A stretch of 64,000 nt of DNA from an uncultured Gammaproteobacteria bacterium (GCA_964345045.1 CAYFPM010000001.1:108215-172214), one strand, 5' to 3'. Shown: positions 46,276-56,075, counted from the first letter of the stretch. Program-made: numbers and translations. The notes: a model not told the origin generated them from the sequence alone.

Positions 46276-47313
46276 ATGAAAAATTATTTTGGTCCACAAA
46301 AACCGGTTGATGATTCTTCCAATCTATGGCGTGCGATTGTTGCAGGAACGAGTATTTTTGTAGGTTTGGTAATTTTGGGAGTACTTTATTACAACAAAAT
46401 TCCAGGCAACCTTAGCACTGTTTCGGTAGCTGTAAAAACCCTTACTTCTGTAGCCAATCCCGAAAAAGCTTCGGCTGGAGGAGACGTAACAGTAGCTCCA
46501 CCAGAAATAGAAAAACCAAAATTACCAGAATTAATGGGAGAAATGATTAATCAAGATGACTTTTCGGCCAAGGCAATAATTGTAAAAGACAAAGAAACCG
46601 GTACAATTTTGTTTGCAAAAAATGAATACCAAAAAAGACCGATTGCTAGTATTACCAAGCTTATGAGCGCTTTGGTAGTATTGGAAAAAAATCCAGATTG
46701 GGATTCAACTTTTGTTGTTATCCCAGACGATATTATAGATACGCATATGTATGCTGGCGATACTTATACTCTAGATGATTTATGGTATTCGGCTTTGATA
46801 GCTTCTTCCAACAAGGCTATTTATACCTTGGCCGATGCCGTGGGTTGGCCTAGAGCTGCTTTTGTAGAACGTATGAATCAAAAAGCTCAAGAACTAGGGA
46901 TGGTGTCTACCAAGTTTGTAGAACCAACCGGCCTGTCGGCCGACAATGTTTCTACTGCTTCGGATCTTTCTATACTTTTGGAAGAAGCCTTGCGTCAAGA
47001 AAAAGTTAAAAAAGCTTTGCTCAAACCAGAATACAATCTTTATTCTGCCGAAAGAAAAAAATCTCACCATATGTGGAATACTAATTGGCTTTTGCTTGGT
47101 TGGATCCCAAATGAGTTTGCAGAAATTGTAGGGGGCAAAACAGGTTATATCCCAGAATCTGGTTATAATTTTTCGGTTCAGTTAAAGAATGAAGCAGAAA
47201 ACGTTTTGAATGTAATTGTACTGGGTGCGGGTGTACACGAAGCCAGATTTACCGAAGCACGGGACATCGCTAATTGGACTTTCGCAAATTATAAATGGCC
47301 AAACAATAATTAG
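46276..47313 (+). CDS. D-alanyl-D-alanine carboxypeptidase (peptidase S11, PBP5/6-like), membrane anchored
   Basis: SITK (SxxK), SSN (SxN) and KTGY motifs in the correct order and spacing. N-terminal TM. Confidence 0.8.
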   Translation: MKNYFGPQKPVDDSSNLWRAIVAGTSIFVGLVILGVLYYNKIPGNLSTVSVAVKTLTSVANPEKASAGGDVTVAPPEIEKPKLPELMGEMINQDDFSAKAIIVKDKETGTILFAKNEYQKRPIASITKLMSALVVLEKNPDWDSTFVVIPDDIIDTHMYAGDTYTLDDLWYSALIASSNKAIYTLADAVGWPRAAFVERMNQKAQELGMVSTKFVEPTGLSADNVSTASDLSILLEEALRQEKVKKALLKPEYNLYSAERKKSHHMWNTNWLLLGWIPNEFAEIVGGKTGYIPESGYNFSVQLKNEAENVLNVIVLGAGVHEARFTEARDIANWTFANYKWPNNN

Positions 47314-47322
47314 TAAAATAAT

Positions 47323-47706
47323 ATGCCAAGGAGATCTACTACAGCTAAAAGAGATAACCCAAAACTTTGGGAAAGATGCAAAAAATTAGCTATAGAAAAA
47401 ATGGGCGGTAAGTTTTCTGCTAGGGCTATGCAGTACGCTGTAAAACTCTACAAAGAAAAAGGCGGACGCTATATTGGCTCAAAAGATAAAAATAATAGTT
47501 TGGTAAAATGGACAAAAGAGGATTGGGGATACGTAGGAGAAGAAAAACATAGTCGTTATTTGCCAAAAAAAGCCAGAGAAAAATTGACTCCGGCAGAAAA
47601 GAGTGCCACCAGTCGCGCCAAAAACAAAGGTACAGCAAAAGGGGAGCAGTGGGTGAAGCAGCCGAAAAAGATTGCCAAAAAGATAGCTAAATATAGAAAA
47701 AAATAA
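47323..47706 (+). CDS. Small basic conserved hypothetical protein
   Basis: K/R-rich 127-aa ORF with KLWERCKKLAIEKMGGKFSARAMQYAVKLYKEKGG block. Followed by a terminator. Confidence 0.5.
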   Translation: MPRRSTTAKRDNPKLWERCKKLAIEKMGGKFSARAMQYAVKLYKEKGGRYIGSKDKNNSLVKWTKEDWGYVGEEKHSRYLPKKAREKLTPAEKSATSRAKNKGTAKGEQWVKQPKKIAKKIAKYRKK

Positions 47707-47709
47707 ACA

Positions 47710-47740
47710 AAAAACCTCTCGGATAATCGGGAGGTTTTTT
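47710..47740 (+). terminator. Intrinsic terminator
   Basis: AAAAACCTCTCGG-ATAA-TCGGGAGGTTTTTT. Confidence 0.65.
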
Positions 47741-47806
47741 AATCTAAAAAATTAGGAATGGTTGAGGTGCGATTGAAATTGTCGTTTCTCTTGCTACGAG
47801 GCAGAG

Positions 47807-48058
47807 TCAGTAGAATGCTATCATGCCGCCACCGTTGCAGATGGCTGTGGCAGAGATACCTTCTGCGCGTAGTGCAGCCGCTTGTGCTTCGAAGTCTTGC
47901 TCTGGCCACTCGCGAGTCTGAGACATCTCCCTCGCTTCTTCGACGCCTCTTTGTCGGCGAGCGTGATCTTTTGCCTCGCTGATTCTCAAGCTGAGTTCTA
48001 ACACTATTGCCAGAATCGAAAGGGCTACATTGAGCCATAGACCAACAATAAGTATCAT
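47807..48058 (-). CDS. GC-rich small membrane protein (83 aa) with GGAGGTG RBS; island gene next to tRNA-Leu
   Basis: N-terminal TM (MILIVGLWLNVALSILAIVL). Strong SD. About 55% GC. Confidence 0.5.
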   Translation of the reverse strand: MILIVGLWLNVALSILAIVLELSLRISEAKDHARRQRGVEEAREMSQTREWPEQDFEAQAAALRAEGISATAICNGGGMIAFY

Positions 48059-48131
48059 CGCACCTCCGTTTAGTTATTTTAGATAATATTTTAGAAAAAG
48101 GCAATTGATAGTATTTAAGAGAGGTTATGTT

Positions 48132-48160
48132 TTTGTAAAATAAAAATCCTACTTAAAAGT
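48132..48160. terminator. Bidirectional terminator hairpin
   Basis: AAAAATCCTACTT-AAAAG-TAGGATTTTT. Confidence 0.6.
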
Positions 48161-48168
48161 AGGATTTT

Positions 48169-48187
48169 TGGTGCCCGAGGAGAGAAT
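48169..48187 (-). repeat. Partial duplicate of the tRNA-Leu 3' end (GATTCTCTCCTCGGGCAC), att-site-like scar
   Basis: 19-nt identity with 48259-48277. Confidence 0.7.
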
Positions 48188-48259
48188 CCCAGCCTGCGGC
48201 TGATGACTCGTAGGGTCAGAACTCTTTAATTATTCTATTTTGGATTACGTTTTTTATAG

Positions 48260-48341
48260 TGCCCGAGGAGAGAATCGAACTCTCACTCCCGAAGGAACAC
48301 GATTTTGAGTCGTGCGCGTCTACCAGTTCCGCCACTCGGGC
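48260..48341 (-). tRNA. tRNA-Leu (anticodon CAA), type II with long variable arm; CCA not encoded
   Basis: Minus-strand GCCCGAGTGGCGGAACTGGTAGACGCGCACGACTCAAAATCGTGTTCCTTCGGGAGTGAGAGTTCGATTCTCTCCTCGGGCACT folds into a cloverleaf with a GTTCGATTC T-loop. Confidence 0.8.
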
Positions 48342-48351
48342 TTTATTGTTT

Positions 48352-48436
48352 ATTAAAGTAATTTTTTTGCTTAAACCCTTGTGGTCTTTGGTACCAGTGG
48401 AGTCTATCCCGACGTATGTCGGGACCACTCGGGCTT
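48352..48436 (-). other. Degenerate tRNA-like segment sharing the tRNA-Leu 5' end (AAAGCCCGAGTGG) but lacking a complete cloverleaf
   Basis: 13-nt identity to the tRNA-Leu 5' terminus. Contains TCCCGACATACGTCGGGA hairpin. No T-arm. Confidence 0.4.
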
Positions 48437-48551
48437 TTTATTAGCTACATAATTATAGCTATACTTGGGGATTTTGTCAATCTCTAGTATAATATAGCCA
48501 GTACAGCCACAGGTTGTTACTAACTTTGTATAGAAATATTTTATAGTAAAC

Positions 48552-49319
48552 ATGAGTAGAATAATCGCCATTGTAAATCAAAAAGGTGGAGTAGGCAAAA
48601 CTACCACAGCCATGAATTTGGCTGCTTTTTTGGCCGAAATGGGCAAATTTGTTTTGCTGGTAGATATGGATCCACAGGGCAATGCTACCAGCGGTTTGGG
48701 ATTGGCAAAAGAAGAATTAAACCATGGGATCTACGAAGCTTTGTCCAAACAAAAGAGATTTCATGATATTGTAAACAACACTCTACACGAAGGTTTGCGA
48801 ATTGCGCCAGCTACAACAAATTTGGCAGGTGCCAATGTAGAATTGGTAGATATGGAAAGAAGAGAACATCAGTTACACGATCTTTTGCAAGAAGCCAAAC
48901 ATGCTTATGATTATATTATTATAGATTGTCCCCCATCTCTTGGGTTGCTTACAATAAATAGTTTGGTTGCAGCAGACGATATCTTGATTCCGGTGCAAGC
49001 AGAATATTATGCTCTAGAAGGGATTAGCCAACTTTTAAATACCATCAACTTGATTCAAGAACATATCAAACCAGATCTAAATGTGATTGGAGCTGTAATT
49101 ACCATGTTTGATAAACGCACCAAGCTTTCGGAAGATATTATGAACGAGCTTTACAAATATTTTCCAGATACAATTTTTCGCAGTGTAATTCCTAGAACTG
49201 TTCGTTTGGCCGAAGCTCCTAGTTTTGGTCAATCAATTTTGCATTATGATCCAAAAGGCAAAGGAGCTAGAGCTTATGAGCGCTTGGCCAAAGAACTTTT
49301 GGAAAAATATGAATATTAA
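48552..49319 (+). CDS. parA: Chromosome partitioning ATPase ParA/Soj
   Basis: MSRIIAIVNQKGGVGKTTTAMNLAAFLA (deviant Walker A). Confidence 0.9.
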   Translation: MSRIIAIVNQKGGVGKTTTAMNLAAFLAEMGKFVLLVDMDPQGNATSGLGLAKEELNHGIYEALSKQKRFHDIVNNTLHEGLRIAPATTNLAGANVELVDMERREHQLHDLLQEAKHAYDYIIIDCPPSLGLLTINSLVAADDILIPVQAEYYALEGISQLLNTINLIQEHIKPDLNVIGAVITMFDKRTKLSEDIMNELYKYFPDTIFRSVIPRTVRLAEAPSFGQSILHYDPKGKGARAYERLAKELLEKYEY

Positions 49320-49378
49320 CCCCGAACATTTGACCATTGACCTCTGACAATTTGTTTTTGTTAAAGGTTAATTGTTAA

Positions 49379-50251
49379 ATGTCAAAAGTTAAAGCTATGG
49401 CACTTGGAAAAGGTTTAAATTCTCTAATACCACAAAACAAACCAAGAAAAAGTATTCGCAAAGAAACAGGCGGAGATTTTTCTAGTCATGACAAAATTTG
49501 GCAAATTCCTATTTCGGAAATAGTTCCAAATCAAGAGCAGCCTAGAAAATATTTTGATCATGCTGAATTAGAAAATTTGGTTAGCTCTATTAAAAAACAC
49601 GGTGTAATGCAACCAATAACCGTGACCGAAAAAACAGATGGTGGTTATGAACTTATTGCCGGAGAAAGACGTTTGCGATCTTCGCAAATTGCCGGGCTTA
49701 CAACTATCCCTGCTATAGTGCGTAGCGCCACCCAACAAGAAAAATTAGAATTAGCTATAATCGAAAATGTCCAAAGACAAAATCTTGATCCAATTGAAGA
49801 AGCTTTTGCTTATGAAAGATTAATGCAAGAATTTGGCCTAACTCAAGAAGAAGTCGCCGAACAAGTTGGTAAAAGTCGTTCTACAGTGGCCAATATGATT
49901 CGTTTGTTGGATCTGCCAGAAAAAATACAAAAAGCCCTGGTCGACAAAAAAATAAGTGTGGGCAAAGCCAAAGCTTTGCTTAGTTTGCGTGATGAAAAAG
50001 AACAAATGAAAGTTTTTTCCAGTATGATAGGGGAGTCGGCCACTGTAAGAGATGTAGAAAAAGTAGTTTCGCAATCTGGTTCTCGCAAAGGTTCTACCAG
50101 ACGAGATCCAAATATAATGGCTCAAGAAGATTTGGTAGAAGATCGGTTGGGAGCCAAGGTGGAGATAAAACAAAAAGGAGAAAAAGGTACGATTACAATT
50201 TATTATAGTTCTCGCGAGGAATTAAAAAGGTTGTTGGAAGAATTGAGTTAG
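49379..50251 (+). CDS. parB: Chromosome partitioning protein ParB/Spo0J
   Basis: ParB N-domain GERRLRS plus an HTH segment. Confidence 0.85.
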   Translation: MSKVKAMALGKGLNSLIPQNKPRKSIRKETGGDFSSHDKIWQIPISEIVPNQEQPRKYFDHAELENLVSSIKKHGVMQPITVTEKTDGGYELIAGERRLRSSQIAGLTTIPAIVRSATQQEKLELAIIENVQRQNLDPIEEAFAYERLMQEFGLTQEEVAEQVGKSRSTVANMIRLLDLPEKIQKALVDKKISVGKAKALLSLRDEKEQMKVFSSMIGESATVRDVEKVVSQSGSRKGSTRRDPNIMAQEDLVEDRLGAKVEIKQKGEKGTITIYYSSREELKRLLEELS

Positions 50252-50261
50252 GTGTTGATAA

Positions 50262-50405
50262 AATTCCTCCCCTATGAAGGGAGGTTAGCCCGCCTGCATT
50301 GCTTTGCGAAGCATTGCGGGCAGGGTGGGGTCAAATTTTATACCAGACCCTCTCCCCGATGCTTCGATCGGGGCAGGCCAGCTCCCCCTGATAGGGGGAG
50401 AGTTT
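50262..50405. repeat. Composite GC-rich hairpin repeat; 50324-50400 is the inverted copy of 891-967
   Basis: TCCTCCCCTATGAAGGGAGG ... CTCCCCCTGATAGGGGGAG. Reverse-complement identity with 891-967. Confidence 0.8.
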
Positions 50406-50437
50406 TTTAATAAAGCGAAGATTGCCTTGGGGAGGGG

Positions 50438-51922
50438 TTACTTCTTTGGCAAAACAGATTGTAACCAACCGGTAATTTTGGTTTTTTGGGTAGCCTTGAT
50501 GTGGTATTTGGCTGTATGAGTTTTTACAAAATTTAGCCAATCTTGATTTGGGCCTTTTCTATTTTTGTCTACAATTATATCCACTACATCACCACTTTTT
50601 AGAGGGCTATCTAGTCTTACCATTTTGTCGTTTACTATAGCGCCGTTACATTTGTTGCCAATATCTGTATGGATATGATAAGCAAAATCAACCGGAGTAG
50701 CATTTTCTGGCAAATCTATCACATCTCCCTTTGGAGTAAAGACAAAAATTCTAGTTTGCAAAAAATCTACTTTTATTTCTTCTAAGTCAGATAATTTTGT
50801 TAGCATGTCTTTTTGGATTTCGGCTAGTTCTTTTACCCACCGAATTTGTCTACCAGGTAATCTGGATCCACTTTCGTCGTAGTGCCAATGAGCCGCCACA
50901 CCGTATTCGGCTTCTTCATGCATTTCTTCGGTTCTAATTTGAAATTCTATTAATTCTCCATGGTCATCAAAAATAGTGGTATGGAGTGATTGATAGCCAT
51001 TTGGTTTGGGTTGAGAAATATAATCTTTTATTCTACCTTTTACTGGGCGCCAAGTTTTGTGAAGTATCCCCAAAGCAGCATAACAGTCGGCTACGTTTGG
51101 GAGAATAACACGAATTGCTACCAAATCATAAATTTTGGCGATATCATTTTCTTTTCGCAAAAGTTTTCTATAAAAACTGTATAATCTTTTGTTTCTACCA
51201 TATACAGACAAAGTTTTTATTCCGGCGGCTTTTAATTCTTTTTTTGCTTTTTCTACTGCTTCTTGAACATAAACTTCTTTGCCTTTTATTTTTTCATCCA
51301 TCAATTTGGTAACTCTTTTGTATTCTTTGGGATAAACGTATTTAAAAGATAAGTCTTCTAATTCTCCTTTCATTTCGGCCATCCCCAATCTATTGGCAAT
51401 AGGAGCATATATTTCCAAGCTCTCTAAAGCAATACGGTATCTTTTGGGGGCTGGCAATGATTCCAGAGTTTGTAAATTGTGGATACGATCGGCAAATTTA
51501 ATAATCATGACACGAATATCTTCGGCCATGGCTACAAACATTTTTCTTAGATTTTCTATGTATCGTTCAACACCTCTATATTTTAACTTACCTAGTTTGG
51601 TAATTCCTTCTACCAAGTTGGCTATTTCACTACCAAAATTTTGTTCTACTTCTTCCAAAGTTACTTCTGTATCTTCGGGTACATCGTGGAGTAGGGTAGC
51701 GGTGACAATAATTGGGTCGATATGCATCTTGGCCAATATGTGGGCAGCAGCCAAAGGATGGATTATATAAGGTTCCCCAGATTTTCTAAATTGCCCTTCG
51801 TGAGCATCTTTGGCAAAATCATAAGCTAGGCGGATAATATCTGTATCTGCTTTTGGGGCATACTCTTTTACAATTTTTATCAGAGTATCTATGGTTTGTT
51901 TTTCTTCTTTTTTGGGGGTCAT
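50438..51922 (-). CDS. rel: Short bifunctional (p)ppGpp synthetase/hydrolase Rel (HD + synthetase + TGS; no ACT domain)
   Basis: HD motif LLHDVPEDT, synthetase RIKDYISQPKPNGYQSLHTTI, TGS FVFTPKGDVIDLPENATPVDFAYHIH. Only 494 aa. Confidence 0.85.
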   Translation of the reverse strand: MTPKKEEKQTIDTLIKIVKEYAPKADTDIIRLAYDFAKDAHEGQFRKSGEPYIIHPLAAAHILAKMHIDPIIVTATLLHDVPEDTEVTLEEVEQNFGSEIANLVEGITKLGKLKYRGVERYIENLRKMFVAMAEDIRVMIIKFADRIHNLQTLESLPAPKRYRIALESLEIYAPIANRLGMAEMKGELEDLSFKYVYPKEYKRVTKLMDEKIKGKEVYVQEAVEKAKKELKAAGIKTLSVYGRNKRLYSFYRKLLRKENDIAKIYDLVAIRVILPNVADCYAALGILHKTWRPVKGRIKDYISQPKPNGYQSLHTTIFDDHGELIEFQIRTEEMHEEAEYGVAAHWHYDESGSRLPGRQIRWVKELAEIQKDMLTKLSDLEEIKVDFLQTRIFVFTPKGDVIDLPENATPVDFAYHIHTDIGNKCNGAIVNDKMVRLDSPLKSGDVVDIIVDKNRKGPNQDWLNFVKTHTAKYHIKATQKTKITGWLQSVLPKK

Positions 51923-51983
51923 AGCTAAGGTTACTTTAACACTTTCGCGCTACCATTGACAAGTAAGAAAAAAGAGCTTTTAT

Positions 51984-54542
51984 TTAGCTCTTTTTCTTTG
52001 ATTTTTTTTCTTTTATTAGCTCCAAGGCTTTTTCTAGAGTTACATCTTCGGGTTTTAGATCTTTTGGTAGGGAGGCAAAAGTTCTTGTGCCGTTCGATAT
52101 ATAGGGGCCATAGCGTCCATCCAAGACTTCTACAGGTTTATCTGTTTTTGGATCTTTGCCAACTGCTTTGAGTACTTTTTTTGTTCTTCTTCCTCGGCCT
52201 TTTTTTTCTTGGGCAAAGAGTTCTTTGGCTTCGTCAATAGTAATTTTTAAGACGTCCATTTCTTTGGGGACTGATCTAAAATCATCTACCCTTTTTACAT
52301 ATGGTCCAAATCTTCCTACACTGGTTACTACTTTTTCTCCATCTATTTCTCCTAGTTCTTTTGGCAGGGCAACTACAGCTTTGGCATCTGTTTTTGATAA
52401 GTTTTCTATATCAATTGATTGGCTAATTGGAGTTCTTTTTGGTCCATAGGTAAGAGCAACTTTTTTGGCTTTTTTGGGTTTACCATTGGCAAAAGTTTCA
52501 TCGCCGTCTTCGCCAACTTGTAGATAAGGACCATAACGACCAGTTCGATAAGTGATAATCTTTCCTTCTTCTGTTTCTCCCAAAACTTCTGGTCCTTTGG
52601 CAGCATCTTCTATCATTTTTAGCGCTTTTTCTATATCTAATTCTGCTGGAGCCAAAGTGTCTGGTATAGAAGCTGTATTGCCTTCGCCTCCTTCACTTCT
52701 TTGGACATAAGGTCCATATTTACCACTTTTTACTATTACTTTATTATCATCTTTATCTTGGCCCAATTCGATAATAGGGTATTCTTCGGATTGGCTGGCT
52801 TTTTCTACTTCGGGGTGAAATCCTTTACCTTTTTCTCCATTATAAAAAGATTTTATATATGGTGACCAGGCTTCTTTGCCTTCGGCAATTAAGTCTAGAT
52901 CATCTTCCATTTTGGAAGTGAATTTTACATCTACTAGTTTGCCAAAATGTTCTTGCAAATAATTGTCTACAATCATGGCAGTATAAGTTGGTACTAAAGC
53001 TTTGCCATCTTTTACAACATAATCGCGAGCTACAATTGTATCCATAATGCTGGCGTACGTAGAAGGTCTCCCTACGCCTTCGGCTTCCATTTTTTTGATT
53101 AAACTGGCTTCGGTATATCTGGCGGGTGGTTGGGTTTCGTGACTTTCGGCAGTTACGGATTTTGGATCTACTTTTTCGCCTTGGTCTAATTCTGGCAAAG
53201 TGATTTCTTGGTCATCTAGTTGGGCTTCTGGATCATCGCTGCCTTCTACATAAGCGCGCAAATAACCGGCAAATTCTATTCTTTTGCCTTTGGCTTCAAA
53301 AATACATTCATCAACTTTTATTTTCAAAGAAACACTAACCATTTGGGCGCTTTTCATTTGGCTGGCCACAGTTCTTTTCCAAATCAATTCGTATAGTTTG
53401 GCTTCGTGTGATTCTACTTCTTTTTTAACTTGGTTTGGATGTTTGAATTCTGCTCCGGATGGACGGATAGCTTCGTGAGCTTCTTGGGCTAGTTTTGATT
53501 TGCCAGAATATTGTTTTGGTTTTTCTGATAAATATTCATCACCAAATTCTTTGGCAGCCGCTCTGGCAGCGTTAATTGCTTGTTTTGACAGGTTTACCGA
53601 ATCGGTACGCATATAGGTAATATAACCTTTTTCGTACAAAGATTGGGCTGTACGCATAGTTTCTTTGGCACTCCAACTTAGTTTGCGGTGTCCTTCTTGT
53701 TGCAGAGTAGAAGTAATAAATGGAGCATAAGGATGAGTTTTGTATGGTTTTTCGGTTACTTCGCTAACTTGCCAATCTTTTGTATCTTTTAGTTGGTCTG
53801 CCAGTTTTTCTGCTTCTGTTTTGCTTAAGAAAGCAAAATTTTCTGGTTTTTTAAGTTTGCCGGTAGTACTATCAAAATCTTTTCCAGTTGGAATTGGTTT
53901 TTCTTTGTAAGAAATTAGAGTGGCTTCGAAATCTTCTTTTTTGGCGTTTAGGACAGCCAATAGATCAAAATAATTTGCTCTTACAAAAACAGCTCTTTCT
54001 TTTTCTCTTTCTACAATCAAATGGACAGCTACAGATTGCACTCTACCGGCAGAAAGTCCATATCTAACTTTTTTCCAAAGTAGGGGAGATAGTTCGTAAC
54101 CAACCAAGCGGTCTAGCACTCTTCTGGCTTGTTGGGCATAAGACAAATTCATGTCTAGAGGTCTAGGATTTTGAGTAGCATTTGTTATGGCATCTTTGGT
54201 GATTTCGTGAAAAACCAAGCGTTTTACAGATTCTGGTTTTATTTTCAAAAGTTCGGCCAAATGCCAAGAGATGGCTTCTCCTTCGCGGTCTTCATCTGTA
54301 GCAAATAGTATTTCGTCGGCAGCCTTGGCTAATTTCCTTAATTCGGCTACTTTTTTCTTCTTTTTGGTTGGTATTTCATAATCCGGTTCAAATGTGCCAC
54401 CTTCTATATCTATACCCATTTTACTCTTTGGCAGATCACGGACATGGCCCATACTGGATTCAACCTTAAAATCACTACCTAGAAATTTGGAGATAGTTTT
54501 GGCTTTGGTGGGACTTTCCACTATTACTAATGTTTTACTCAT
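51984..54542 (-). CDS. topA: DNA topoisomerase I
   Basis: MSKTLVIVESPTKAKTISKFLG (TOPRIM). Active-site Tyr region. K-rich C-terminus. Confidence 0.9.
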   Translation of the reverse strand: MSKTLVIVESPTKAKTISKFLGSDFKVESSMGHVRDLPKSKMGIDIEGGTFEPDYEIPTKKKKKVAELRKLAKAADEILFATDEDREGEAISWHLAELLKIKPESVKRLVFHEITKDAITNATQNPRPLDMNLSYAQQARRVLDRLVGYELSPLLWKKVRYGLSAGRVQSVAVHLIVEREKERAVFVRANYFDLLAVLNAKKEDFEATLISYKEKPIPTGKDFDSTTGKLKKPENFAFLSKTEAEKLADQLKDTKDWQVSEVTEKPYKTHPYAPFITSTLQQEGHRKLSWSAKETMRTAQSLYEKGYITYMRTDSVNLSKQAINAARAAAKEFGDEYLSEKPKQYSGKSKLAQEAHEAIRPSGAEFKHPNQVKKEVESHEAKLYELIWKRTVASQMKSAQMVSVSLKIKVDECIFEAKGKRIEFAGYLRAYVEGSDDPEAQLDDQEITLPELDQGEKVDPKSVTAESHETQPPARYTEASLIKKMEAEGVGRPSTYASIMDTIVARDYVVKDGKALVPTYTAMIVDNYLQEHFGKLVDVKFTSKMEDDLDLIAEGKEAWSPYIKSFYNGEKGKGFHPEVEKASQSEEYPIIELGQDKDDNKVIVKSGKYGPYVQRSEGGEGNTASIPDTLAPAELDIEKALKMIEDAAKGPEVLGETEEGKIITYRTGRYGPYLQVGEDGDETFANGKPKKAKKVALTYGPKRTPISQSIDIENLSKTDAKAVVALPKELGEIDGEKVVTSVGRFGPYVKRVDDFRSVPKEMDVLKITIDEAKELFAQEKKGRGRRTKKVLKAVGKDPKTDKPVEVLDGRYGPYISNGTRTFASLPKDLKPEDVTLEKALELIKEKKSKKKS

Positions 54543-54606
54543 AGTTTCGTGACTCTAGCTCAATGTGGTTTTTTTGTCAACCAGGCTATAAGTTAAGGAC
54601 TATTTT

Positions 54607-55995
54607 CTATAGTTGTTTATTTTTTTTGCTAGATAAAATATACTTGCGAATTTCTCCACTAAAGAAAATTGAACCTGTAACCAAAAGTATATCATTTTTT
54701 TTGATTTTGGTCTTGGCTTCCGCCAAAGCTTCTCTTGGATCCAAAAAAACGCTAGTTTCAACACCTTTTTCTTTGAAAAGTTTGGCTACTTTGGCAGGAT
54801 TGGCTACTTTTCGAAAAATATTCATAGTGTTGCGACTACAAGTTACATGGCTGGGTTTTAACTCTGCTAGAAGATCTACTAAGTTATTTATTTCTTTGTC
54901 GGCAGAAAAGCCTACCAGAAGGTGAATTGACCCCCTCAGCTCGCCGCGGCGAGGCAGCTCCCCCTCGTAGGGGGAGCAATTACTTTCTGTTTTCAAATTT
55001 TTATCCAGTAATGCCTTTACGGTAGTTTTCATTTTTTCTAGATTGTGAGCGCCATCCAATATTATGGTGGGGTCTTTGGAAATTATTTCCAGACGTAGAG
55101 GTTGTTTTACTTTTTTGAGGCCTTTTTTAATAGCTTTATCTTTTATGCCCAAGCTCTTGGCAACTTCTATTACCAAAGCAGAATTTTTGGCTTGGTGTAT
55201 CCCTGGGGTGGGTACGAAATAGACTTTTTCTTTATAAGTGAATTTTGTTCCTTCTAAATTAGATTCTATATTAGATATTGGATATTCAATATTATTGAAA
55301 GTGGCTTTTACTTTTTGACTTTGTTTTTTAATTATCTCAAGTAAAGGTTTACTTTTTTCCATGGTAAAAACTTGGCAGGGGGCAGTAATAATACCGGCTT
55401 TTTCTGTAGTAATATTTTTTTTGGTTGGACCGATCAAATTTTTGTGGTCCCAACCAATGTTGGTAATTATAGCTGCATCTTTTTTTTCTATTACATTGCT
55501 AGAACAAAATCTTCCTCCCATGCCAACTTCCAAAATTCCCCATTTTACTTTTTTTTGAGCGAAATAATAAAAACCAATTATGTCGGTTATCTCATGAAAA
55601 GAGACCATGTCATGTGGACTATTTTTTAAATACTTGTCCATAATTGGTTTGAACTTTTTTACAATCTCTACAAATTCTTTTTGGCTCATTTGTTTACCAT
55701 TTACTTGCCAACGCTCTATAATGGAGGAAGCATGAGGAGAAGTAAGCAAACCTGTCGTGTGGCCAGCTTGTCTAAAAATAGATTCTAATAAAGTGGCTAC
55801 AGAACCTTTGCCACTGGTGCCGGTAATATGAATATAATGTGGTACCTTTTTTTCTGGACTGCCAAGAAGCTTGAGAAAAAATTTGGTACGTTCAAGATAA
55901 ACCCCACATTTTCTAGGATCTTTCATGTATTCTTGTCTGGGTAAATTAGACAAAGAAAGTAAATAATTTTCTGCTTCGTTAAAAGTCATAGTCAA
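54607..55995 (-). CDS. folC: Folylpolyglutamate synthase/dihydrofolate synthase-like Mur-ligase family protein with an in-frame hairpin-repeat insertion (54928-54990)
   Basis: N-terminal EAENYLLSL...LERTKFFLKLLGSPEKKVPHYIHITGTSGKGS (FolC P-loop context). Mur ligase middle and C domains. Confidence 0.7.
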   Translation of the reverse strand: MTMTFNEAENYLLSLSNLPRQEYMKDPRKCGVYLERTKFFLKLLGSPEKKVPHYIHITGTSGKGSVATLLESIFRQAGHTTGLLTSPHASSIIERWQVNGKQMSQKEFVEIVKKFKPIMDKYLKNSPHDMVSFHEITDIIGFYYFAQKKVKWGILEVGMGGRFCSSNVIEKKDAAIITNIGWDHKNLIGPTKKNITTEKAGIITAPCQVFTMEKSKPLLEIIKKQSQKVKATFNNIEYPISNIESNLEGTKFTYKEKVYFVPTPGIHQAKNSALVIEVAKSLGIKDKAIKKGLKKVKQPLRLEIISKDPTIILDGAHNLEKMKTTVKALLDKNLKTESNCSPYEGELPRRGELRGSIHLLVGFSADKEINNLVDLLAELKPSHVTCSRNTMNIFRKVANPAKVAKLFKEKGVETSVFLDPREALAEAKTKIKKNDILLVTGSIFFSGEIRKYILSSKKNKQL

Positions 55996-55997
55996 AT

Positions 55998-56045
55998 TTA
56001 GAAGATCGAGAATAAATAAAATTTCCTCCCCGAGTAGAAGATGGG
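55998..56045. repeat. CCCCT-hairpin family member acting as terminator for the downstream minus-strand gene
   Basis: TTCCTCCCCGAGTAGAAGATGGGGAGGAAAAA. Confidence 0.6.
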
Positions 56046-56075
56046 GAGGAAAAATTATTTAGTCGAGAGCCCCTA

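Noticed and set aside
48259-48444. 61-aa ORF on plus strand
   Set aside because: It lies entirely antisense over tRNA-Leu and its degenerate copy.
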